Assembly: GCA_000320545.1 (NCBI GenBank)
Contig: ADNK01002208.1
Span: 129,725-193,724 of the forward strand
Source: Bigelowiella natans CCMP2755
Taxonomy: Eukaryota > Protista > Cercozoa
Reading direction: 5' to 3'
Length of the DNA stretch: 64,000 nt
Every line of letters begins with the position of its first letter. Within the stretch, counting starts at the first letter, position 1. This document shows, piece after piece, positions 53,069-64,000 of this stretch. Both the position numbers and the translations under genes were made by a program. The notes beneath the pieces are model-generated. The model did no database searches. It was not told where the DNA came from and saw nothing but the letters and a program-made list of their open reading frames with translations.

Positions 53069-55021
53069 CAGCGGGGAAAGAGAGGAAGAGGGAAATGGAA
53101 AATTTTGACTTTAAACAACGATAGCACGTATCTTGGTACGGCCCTATTTACGTTGAAGCAAGCCGGTTTGAAGAGCAAAGAGATGAGGTCAGTCAGTGAA
53201 TTTTGGTGATTCTAAAGGTGCTTGAAATTTATGATCCTGGCATATTGCAATTTTAATATATCAGCACCAAAAGGCTTTGAAAATCGTGGAGGATGGTTTG
53301 AAGCGTGTCCCAAGACACGGTCCCCTGTGGTTTGCTGCACTTCGTCTCTATGTGCGCTGCATTCCAGAGCCTCGAAATCCCCAGGAGGTAGTACTTACTT
53401 TTATTATGAGAAGATCAGCAACGACACATTGCCTTGTGCGCAGCATGAATATGAAACTATGTTGACTCTATGTTTTTCCTTCTTCTTCTTCTTCTTCTTC
53501 TTCTTCTTCTAAGGTGTTAAGAGTAACTGAAAAAACAGTCCAAGCTGCTGTAAAAGACCGAATTATTGAGAAAGAGAATGCTCAGAGCTTTGTTACACCT
53601 CCTGTGGTTGCTCCGGTACTAAGTACTACTCACGACACATGATTTATAGAAGAAGGCGTTTGATGTATTCGATAATACGTTGTAAGCTACTTAAGATGAT
53701 GATGACGCGGATGGCGAGTTCCATTTTGTAATTTATTATTTTGTATGCTGTTCATCAAGGAACTTCATTGGAAGTTGCACTTAGCCCAAAGCCAGATCCT
53801 TCAAGCTCATCACATGTAAGAATATTTCTACCCATCCTTGAAATACTATATTTTGTGTACCCAATTGTAGTATTGTATCTTTCTTCGAGAGTATCCTAAA
53901 ATTACTACCACTACTGTTGTCTTAGGTACAAGCATGCACGTCGAGCTTGTGTAGCTGCAGCAGATGCGATCACAGCGACGAATGCAGATGGAAAGCAAAG
54001 TACTAGTAGTGAATTACACAACTTAACTCCAAGTCTCTGATAATGATGCGAAACTCTAATCCCCAGGTTTAATTCTTCTCCTCCCTTTTCCTTCGCATCA
54101 TTCCTTATCATCAGGCCATCTCCATTTGCGCTGGAAGGTATGGAGAGCAGGTGCTCGCCTCGAAAGTCTTTCGGGAAGGTACTACTGCTACTATATTTAC
54201 CACGTATACCACCACCACCACCACCATTACGACGGTGTTGTTTCTCTTGTGCTCACAATAGCTAAAAGGTCGTTATCAATATGGTCTTGTATAGGGAGGA
54301 TGTGGCCAAGAAGCTGTTGAACAAGGCCATGGAACACTGCCCAGATAAAGTCAAGTATAAGGTCCTTACTCATAGTTCCTTATCATATGCTTCTCCTCTT
54401 TCTTCAGGAAGGCATTCTCTTTTTCATCATCCTGAAATCCGACTCATCATCATCATCATCATCATCATCACCCCGTCGCCGTATACATGATCTTAGGTTC
54501 TCTTGGAAGCAGCGCGGCATGAACAGTTTTTCGGCCGACATAGAGCTGCCTCTGCTTTTCTAAGCCGCGTGCAATTAATTGTAAGTGTTAACCCTTCATC
54601 ATCATGTTGTTGAGTTTGGTTCTCCTAACACATCATCATATTCATGGTGGGAATAAGAAATAACATTATACTGACGACTTCTACTACAACAGGCGTGTCG
54701 TGAGTGGAAAGTGCTTTTGGAATCAGCTTTGTTGCAAATCAGGCAGAGAAACTTCTTACAAGCAGCAGAACAAGTAATTCTAGCAGTACTTCTTCTCCTT
54801 CTTTCTTTTCTTCTTCTTCAACTTCTACATAGCTCGTGTTTGTTGTTGTTGACAGTGAGCGATTATTGATACGATGAATATCATAATTAAGGTGAAGAAG
54901 TCTCTTCTGCATCACCCTGGCACTGGACGTCTCTGGGCGTTGCACATACAGGTAGTAGTAGTAGTAGTAGGAGTAGTAGTAACAGTGTTAACAACAGGAG
55001 TATGTCACATTATCAAATATA

Positions 55022-55055
<34 letters not shown>

Positions 55056-56577
55056 CTTCTTTTTCATGCATCTGTATTGAAGAAGGGAGGGGGAGAAGGA
55101 TTATGATATGAGTCATTGTTGATATGTTTTAGTTGGAACGCGCCGTACGAAGTGATGAAGAGGCATTTCAAGCCATCAAACAAGCAGTCTCTCAGGTGGT
55201 ACTAACAAAATCAGGGGGAGGAGGAGGAGTAAAGCTTCGTTACTTTTCACCTATGAAACGGTTATATAACATACGTTTATTGATGATATTTGTGTGATAG
55301 GTTCCCAAATCAGGAGAAGTGTGGTGTGAGGCGGCAAGAGCCTACTTAAATCCATTGTCAAAGAACTTTTCTCTCACATCAGCAAAGGTAGTGGTAATTA
55401 GTAGGAGAGGGAATCAATGCTAGTTGCATATGTTGGACGATTAGTGACTTTACCCATCTTTTAAAAGCATTTCCCATGATCATCTTCTGACATCTAGGTC
55501 ACTTGCTCTCCCTCCCTATGTGTATTATTTCTTTTAACAGCGATGTTTAGAGTTCGCAGTACGTTTCACGCCTCAGTATGGAGACTCTTTTGTGGAGAAG
55601 TAATGACTTACCACTAAACATATTATATCGATATAGTAATTAGTACTAAGTGCAATTTCGAATTGTCCTTATTTCTTTCAATCATCATCATCATCCTATA
55701 GGTTGCGACTAGAGAGGTTAATCTCTGGAAATTCTCCACGAAGTTCTGAAGCGCTGTGTCTACCAGTGGTATTATATAACGATGATGATGTTTTGATAAG
55801 TATAAATAGCATTGATCAGAATACCAGTCAATACGCATTAGTTACGTCGTCTAACCAATAAACAGCTTGTTGCTACATACTACTCTTATTTTGTGGAAAT
55901 ACATATATATATATATATATATATATATTATGAAAAAGGCTGATCTTAAGGATGAAAAGCATTCACAAAGCATCACCATGGAAGAAAGATACATTAAGAG
56001 AATCAACGAATGCATTAATGCGGATCCAAACTATGGTAGTAATCATAACATATAAGGGGGATGTAACAATATGAGGCTGAGTTCAACAATCAACCTAAAT
56101 ATTGCATATGCTTGTTATTTAAGGTGCTCTCTGGCTATTGTGCAAGGAAACACCCTATGATACAGTGTCTGAAGTAATAGGCAGAGAGAACATAGGCACA
56201 GGAAGAGGAAGAAAATAGATGATTTCCTGCAAATTAACCTATAGAATCTGTTGTTTATTGTTTAGCACAATTGTTCTTATCGTTGTGTTCTTATTCTGCA
56301 ATCGAAAGGTTATGATCAGAGCTATGGGAAAGGTAGACGAGGAATTGAAGAAACACAGTGCCCTATATCAGGTGCTAGTACTTGCAGTGAGAAGTAGTAG
56401 AAAGTGTTGACAGCATTTCATAAGTTTCCAGTAATCTCCACCAGAAAAATATCAATATCTGTATTATTTTGATGTAACATATGTTGTTTGCGTGTCGCTT
56501 AGCGCGCCCTGATGAGGAATATGACAAGAGGTGGAGAAGGACGAAATCAATTCAACATCGATGGGTAAGTTCAAAAA

Positions 56578-56622
<45 letters not shown>

Positions 56623-56982
56623 CTAATGGTAGCCCTATAATCTTAAATGAGCTGATTATAATGATTCCATTGGTGTTGTTGTTGTGTTGTTGCTTCTTCG
56701 TGCAATTAGAACGATTCCTGAGGATCTGGTGCAGAAATGGCGGCAGGACAACATTAACAGCCTTGAAAATATGTAATAATAATTGTAGTAGTAATAATGA
56801 TACCGAAAGTTTAACGACACCACCAGCTTTTCTATATAAAGGCAGATCGAAAAGGACTTATCGTACGTTATTATACATAGTACTGATTCTTCTTCCCACC
56901 AACGATTAGGTATCCTTCGCTGCTTTCCTTGGAAAAACAGCAACGTTTCCAGACTGTGTTTGGATCTGATGTCGCAATGTGA
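48449..56982 (+). CDS. HAT/TPR-repeat (PRP6-like) protein with long low-complexity His/Gln/Ser-rich N-terminus
   Basis: Exons: QGWLESARLEEECG, EGALMEARKG..ARFIFKYLM, WYGPIYVEASRFEE, GLKRVPRHGPLWFAALRL, RWKVWRAGARLE, HPGTGRLWALHIQ, VPKSGEVWCEAAR, FTPQYGDSFVE, CINADPNYG; stop TGA 56980-56982. Confidence 0.75.
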
Positions 56983-58390
56983 TAAATATAGTATCTCAAT
57001 AGGCATTGCACTTTTATAGTAGCTCATTCCGACAGATTTTCCAATAATTCACTGCACCTGTTGATAATCACAATGATGCGTTTGTGACGACACGATGTGT
57101 AACCAAAAAAAATAATCGATTCGTTCATGCGGCTGGACTAGCTTCTTCTTATTCAAAGAGTAGTACACTAGACATAGATATTTTGCTCTTACAAAGCCTA
57201 TACAACAGCACGTTATCAACGTATATCCTACGCTTGAATGAATCGAAAAGAAGGCAAAAATTCATTCTATAAATAAACAGCACTGCTCTTCGTTTTAAAT
57301 AGCAGCATAAGCAATAATGTACTACTGGTCTTTTCATGTAACTGCGTAAGCTGGTAAGTGTGCAATGCTCAGGAACAACGCATACAGATCTCTAGATCTT
57401 ATACAGCACGCACGTCATACATGCGGCACATAGATGTGCACAATATAAAATGCAGTAAACATCTAGACATTTGACACCGCAGCATTAATAATACGTCAGA
57501 CGACACGAATGTTATGTTGCCCGCGTGTAGTAGGACTGCGCATCAGCTAGGTATACAACTTATTATGCTTATAAAACATGCTAGCATGGTACTATCCTGT
57601 CTAGCTAGACAGCTAGCTATCTAGCTATATAGCTTGGATAGCTCGCTCGAATGCTAGCTAGCATGATGCTAGCATGCTAGTTTTTATTTAATGAGGTGTA
57701 ACGCGTCTAGCACAGATAGACAGACGACGCATGCTAGCATGCTAGTCTAGTAGTAGTGTAGCTAGCTAGATAGGCATTTTCCATTCTTACCTTGCTGCAT
57801 GCCTCCAAAATTGCTTGCTTTGCTGCAGTCCTGCTAGCCAGCTAGAGCGAGTCGTTCAAATGCTAGATATCGATTGCCGCACGTTAGCTGGAACGTAGTA
57901 GCACATCTAGGCATCTCTAGACCTTCACAGACTCTGCACGCTCGCATGTTCATGCCGCCAGCAGACTGTGTGCTGCGTACTGGTGTTGGACGGGCTGCAA
58001 TGCGAAAAGATCACATTCTCAATTGTGCGTCATCTCAATCTGAGCAATGTAGCTGTGCAATGTAATGCCATAGAATGCGGCGGCTGCAGCTGGACAGCAG
58101 CTGTCCAACTGTGCAATTGTTCCGCCAGTAGTGCCATGCATTGTCATCATTCTAGTGTTGTGCATGCGCGTCGTGACGAGCTAGCTAGCGGGAGAATGCT
58201 AACGCCGCGTTTGCACCTATGAAACATGTGATGGCTAGCAGATGTTGTTCATTGAAACAAACACTCATTTAGCGCTGTGAATTTGCTAGACAGCCGCAAT
58301 ATACAACCCAAACAGTAGATGACTCTAAAAGGACGCTGCACAATAAGCAACTAAAATAATGTACACATACATATCAACATGTGTACATGC

Positions 58391-58434
<44 letters not shown>

Positions 58435-58879
58435 AGAGAGACTTGCGTAGCCAAAAACGCTGAATGTGCTCCTAGTGCTTGCGCATATTGCATACTGAAT
58501 AATGGGACAGCAAACGTGTAATGATAATCGCGGAGTGAACTTTGTTTACTTTTCAAGGTTGTAAATGTTGTTTCTCATCGTGTACGTTTATTAGCTACAC
58601 TGAGAGCAATTGTCGTCATACTTAAGTAAGTTCATCCTTATCTTTTCTCCCCCCCCCCCCCCTTCTCTTCTAACAGCTCAAGTGATTGCATGCAAGGCAA
58701 ACTAATAATAAAGTGTCCATACTTCATTCCTATTCTATCACTCCATAATCCCTGGAGGCATGTAAACAATATCCTGATATTTATAGCAATGGTAATTAAT
58801 ATTATAGTCAAAAAGACAAATAGAAGTAGTCCCTGATATATCATAATAATGTTCAAACAGCTTCTCTATAATTAGTAAT

Positions 58880-60365
58880 TCAACGGCAAAATAAGTCTAC
58901 TACCTCATATTGCGGCTGATACATTCTTCGTTTTATGTACCTACAGATAGCGCACATTAGCGAAAATGATGGTGAGGAAGATTTGTTATCGTAAAGGATC
59001 ATAAAAGATGAAAAAGTAATGATGATCATCATTTACTGACTCTTCGAGCTGGCTTTCGTCATGGCTGCGGAGTAAATTCTGAGAAGCAGCAGTTATTTGA
59101 ATTTATGGTGCTCGGTGATGATATGTTGATTATGGTAATAACGTGTTCATCTCTGAAGTGTTCTTCTAATGACTAACTCTCAAAAAAAAGAAATAAAATA
59201 CAAAAACTTAATGATTATGAAATTCTTTTGTCAAAACATCAATTTTCCTTCCTAACTGCGTATTGCAAGACAAGAAAATGTGGTAGATAATCTTGATACC
59301 GAGGTATTATGTACCCTTCCTACTTTTCTCTCTTCTTCTTCTTCTTCTTCTTCTTCTTCTTCTCTTCTTCTGTTTCTTCTTCTTCTTCGCTTTTCATCTT
59401 GTTTTACCCTGAGAGCCAGCAGTCTTTTTCCTGTGCCGGTGCCTACACACGATGTAGTTTCATTTTATCGCCAAAAACGAAAAGAGCGCAGCGAGAACAC
59501 ATTCACATCCCATTACGACGTATACAATACGTAGCCAATCATTTCCTCACCAGTCAAAGACTTATTTCATGCAAATAAGAAAGTCTCCAACAGCTAATGA
59601 CTATTATGATACTCTCATTCATTTTCTACTGTTTTTTATCACAAGCCTATGATTTAATTACCAGGACTGATAGATGTCAAGCTTTCTTGATCTGCGCACA
59701 TCATTACACGGGCAGCTACCTGTGTTGGAAGCAGCGTTATTATTGCCGATCAGCATTAGTGCCGATGATGCATGATGACCAACGATGAAATGGAACATGA
59801 TAATTAATCATCGAAACAACAAATCAGCAGAACAACCAGACAGCGTAAGATGAAGCAAAGAATTCACTAATTCACCTAGAATCACGACATAAATACACTC
59901 ACATCTGTGCTTCTTTTCTTCTTAGATAACTGTATATGTACTACTAACAACAAGCACTACTTTAAACACACTTAAGAGAAGTTATCTCTCACCTTTGTAG
60001 ATATCATTCTTATGTTCTTTAGTGATGGATATACGCGCCCCTCCTTCAAATCTGACTATGTACCCCAACGAAGGCAAACGAATAATAATGACAGTAATAA
60101 GAAGAAGAATAAGAAGAACAAATACAAAGAAGATTATCGACAAAGAATACGTTGCACGATTGTTTATTTCAACTAGAATGAATGCTGCTATAGTAGTAGT
60201 AGTGGTGGTAGAAGTACCTCTGTAAGGAGCTCAGGAACAGCTTGTGCCGCGGCCATCAACATACCATCTGAGACCATCTGTAAGTAATAATAGCAAACCA
60301 ATGACAGAAGAGGAAGAAGAGAGAACAACAAGTTGATGGTGAGAGGGGAGATATTATACGAACAA

Positions 60366-60443
<78 letters not shown>

Positions 60444-61179
60444 GAGAGTTCTCCTTCACCGTTGAGTATTACCTGCGAATCTACAAGCTTGGCTCCTAAT
60501 GCCAATCCTGGGAAGACGTACCTACAACCAAGGAGGCATGATATTAGCGGTGATAACAACATCATCACATAGTATTGGTGTATTATTATTAGCGATATAA
60601 CATCATCGTATAGTATTGGCGTGGTGCGGATAATCAACTCTACTCTTCTTCATCTACTTCTTCTTCTTTTCTTTCTTTATGCTGTTTCTTTTTCATCATC
60701 TTTTGATATAAGACTACTAACATGTTATTGGATTGACTGGAAGCTATGATCCTTCCATCAGGCATCGTTACGTCTTCCTAAGAGTATACGTGTATAAAGA
60801 GCATAAACCACCAAACAACAAAAACAACAACAACAACAACGACGACGACGACTACTACTACTACTACTACAAGGACTATTGTTTACTCTTTGAACGTTTC
60901 CTCCTCTTCCTTGTAAATAACAATAGCTACTCCTACTCCTCCTCCTCCTACTACTACTATTACATGCCCACACCTGTGGACTTCCACTAGCAAAAATTGC
61001 TCTCCCTCCACATGCAATTTGACCTGTATGGAAAAGTTAAAGCAGCAGAGATTGGAAAACAGACAACAGTGGAGAAATCCTCCTCGTAGAATACCGATAA
61101 TACAGTACTGCCGCGGTCGCTGATGTGGTCAACTGTTGTCGAAAACTCTTCTTCTTTTTCTTCACATCCCACGATGATC

Positions 61180-61219
<40 letters not shown>

Positions 61220-62479
61220 CAATACCTTCTTCAGCAGTACATTCCATCTTGTGCGTTGGATTTGACATGGGGAATAGAATAGGTCTGCAATATATATTGT
61301 ATGTAGTAGGCACACACCCAAAGGAAAGGGAGGAGGATGAACAAGTATACGGTGTGACGTATATCTTACTTACTCACTTACTTACTTACTCACTACTTCT
61401 ACATGGTAGTACGTAAATAGTGCATTACAGCTCTATATTGCAGCAGCAGCAGCAGCAGCAGCAAAAAAGAGAGTGTATGTATGGTGTCATCTCTCCTTCT
61501 ATGAGTGTCTATAACTATTTCTAATGAGGTCGAAGGAAGGAATCAAGGGAATAATGCTCGTGTGGAATATTCAATTATTAGTATGAATAATGAAGTTGTT
61601 GGTGTAGTAGCAGGATCTCCCTCCTCACCTCTCATGATGACGTCCAAATTCCTTAAGAACCTGCAAGATGACAGCACCGTTTTATCTACTAGTGTTTATA
61701 TATGAATTCTATGTAAGCAATACTTCTACTTACTACTAGCACCATTAATCTGCCGCTCTGGGTATATTACCACTACTACTACCACTACTACTTCTACTAC
61801 TAATAGAGTACCTCCTCGGTGAATAATCCTCCGAAGCCCGTTAGACTAACAGTTGTAATCAAAATATGGAGCTATTATTATTAACGCGTGATGATTTTGT
61901 GCTTGTGAGTGTGTGTGTGGGTAGGTGCTGCTGTGGAACATAATCGAAGGCTATTGTATTTAGTGCTACATGCTTCACCAGTTCGCAGCAGCATCAAAAT
62001 GTGGGCATTGCTGCCGTGATTATGAGCATAGGTGATTATCGTCGTTGTTATTGTTAAGTATTATGCTACGTACGTACCCCAGCAAGACTTGAGGCTGGAC
62101 TAGTTTTACCACTTCCTTCAACGGCATTCTGATGATGATGATGATGATGATGATGGTAGAAGCTAGGAAAAAGGAGAAGAACAATGTCTTTACAAGCTCC
62201 ATATGAGCTGCTACTATCATCGTCGTCGCCATTTGTTATATCAGAAGAAAAACCACTGATGAACTACCCCTCGAGAGAGACTTCATTCCTTGCAAAGTTC
62301 TGAACATTCGGCTCCAAACTTTATATTAACAACAAATTGTTTACATATTTTTATTTACTGCTTACAATTGTGTGTGTGTGTGTGTGTGCGCGCGCGCGCA
62401 ACATTGCTTGTGCATCATGGAATACGTGAATTGTGCGAACGTTAGCAATCGATAGTAGGCTTGCAGTTGGTTCATCTAC

Positions 62480-62511
<32 letters not shown>

Positions 62512-62866
62512 GAGCAGCAGTACTTTGTGCGGGCATGTGTGACTAGTCCATCCGCATCTTATAAAACAACAAAAGCTAGAGTCATATTCTGACACAAACC
62601 AAATTAAATGGCAAACGAGAGAATACGGCTGCTGCTGCATATATACTGACCATTATACACAACCAACTAGCAGCACCTTCACCATGTTTCAGATTTAATA
62701 TCGGCTAAATATTTATTGCTACACAAGTTGTGTTTGAAGGATAGCCATGCTAGAATACTAACACTATCACCAGAAGATATAATACAGACACTTAGTATTA
62801 TTACCGACGACATAAAACATCTTTCTTGCAGCGTCTGTTGTGTCCAACCATATCAGCAGATAATCA

Positions 62867-62898
<32 letters not shown>

Positions 62899-62971
62899 CT
62901 ATATATGCTGTTTGCCCATCGTCTATAGAACAACTTAAAATCATGAATAGACACACTCACACACACAAATA

Positions 62972-63016
<45 letters not shown>

Positions 63017-64000
63017 CACAGCACCAATAGGCAGGCCATGGCTTGTCATCGCTTTGCAAAGGAAATCGGTGACTCCCTTGTAACGTAAAGACGAAGAAAG
63101 AAAAGAAATAGAACAAGAAGAAGAAGAAGAAGGAACGATTTTTTTCCAATCAGCCACGATGACAACGCAACGATGATAAGGATGGAAATGATGATGCTTC
63201 TAATAAACCATGTGCATCTTCCTCTCTCTCCATATAGAACAGATACAAGGAAGATGATGATCATCATCATCATCATACAGCAGCAGCAGCAGCAGCAGCA
63301 GCAGTAACATGATACCATTCCGGCACTTCCTGCACCACAAATGACGAATTTGAGCTCCCTAATAACGTATGATGGAGACGACGACGACGACGATGATGAT
63401 GATGATACACACTATCTACTACTTCTAATATTAGAGTCACATATCTCGAAACATAATACAGTTAGGTGTAGAACGTGATTTGTTAGTCTACATATCAGCA
63501 TATGCGTATTCAATGGCTATCTACTTTTAAAACAGAAAGAGAATTAACGAGAAAAGGAAGAAGTAATAGTAGTAGAGGGATTACTACTTTATATCTTTTG
63601 GTTTCTTCTTTTGCACTCGCAAAGCTCCATAAATGCCTTATTATTTCAGAGAAACATATCAAATTTGATCTACTTAACAGCGTAGTATGCCCCAACATTG
63701 ATGACTTTATACGTGGACTAATAATGATAATGGATGATAGGAAGAGGAGGAGTGCATTCACGATGATGTAATAATTCTTCGTCTACCGCTCAAAGCTGTT
63801 GCAGCTGTTCCCTGAAAATTGATAGAAAATAAGTATTCTTTTGAGTTCAATACATACAGCAGATGCGTGAGTGTAAGCCTTCTCCTTCCCTTCTTCTCTT
63901 TCCTCACTACTAAACGTGCCGTCGTCGTCGCCATTATGATCCTCACTATGATCAGCATTGTTGAGCATGGGATAATACAATAGTAGTAGTAGTAGTACCT
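58880..64000 (-). CDS. NAD(P)-dependent malic enzyme, C-terminal part (5' end outside window; exact stop uncertain)
   Basis: Exons: QGTAATALSG, FVICGAGSAGMG, LKEVVKLVQPQVLLG/LTGFGGLFTEE, PILFPMSNPTHKMECTAEE, GRAIFASGSP, YVFPGLALGA, VSDGMLMAAAQA, YIKRRMYQPQYE. Confidence 0.9.

Noticed and set aside
1-64000. tRNA, rRNA or snRNA genes
   Set aside because: No recognisable signature by eye; would need tRNAscan-SE/Infernal

Overview
Gene-dense, intron-rich, microsatellite-rich eukaryotic nuclear DNA from a protist. A bipartite signal plus transit peptide on one gene and the intron style suggest a chlorarachniophyte such as Bigelowiella (inference only). About 14 spliced genes can be reconstructed by eye: Kelch-repeat protein (partial), an uncertain minus-strand gene, RING + 2x zf-4CXXC_R1 protein, SAM-domain protein, WDR6/Trm734, a selenocysteine glutathione peroxidase with in-frame TGA and a 3' SECIS, an ER membrane protein, a GAF protein, an ankyrin gene built from tandem exon+intron units, CCDC57-like, RING-SPRY-ZnF-CaaX, UNC-50, a HAT/PRP6-like protein and malic enzyme (partial). 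A MITE is also present. The most striking unexplained signal: the intergenic DNA after every gene 3' end (8 of 8) is an island depleted of TpA and rich in TpG/CpA, with surviving TA mostly inside CTAG. One 2.4 kb stretch has about one TA. Divergent 5'-5' intergenic regions do not show this. The ankyrin repeat copies nearest the strongest island carry TA>CA changes, pointing to a localized TpA>CpA/TpG mutational footprint, possibly of a DNA modification at termination zones. Gene boundaries and all counts are by eye.
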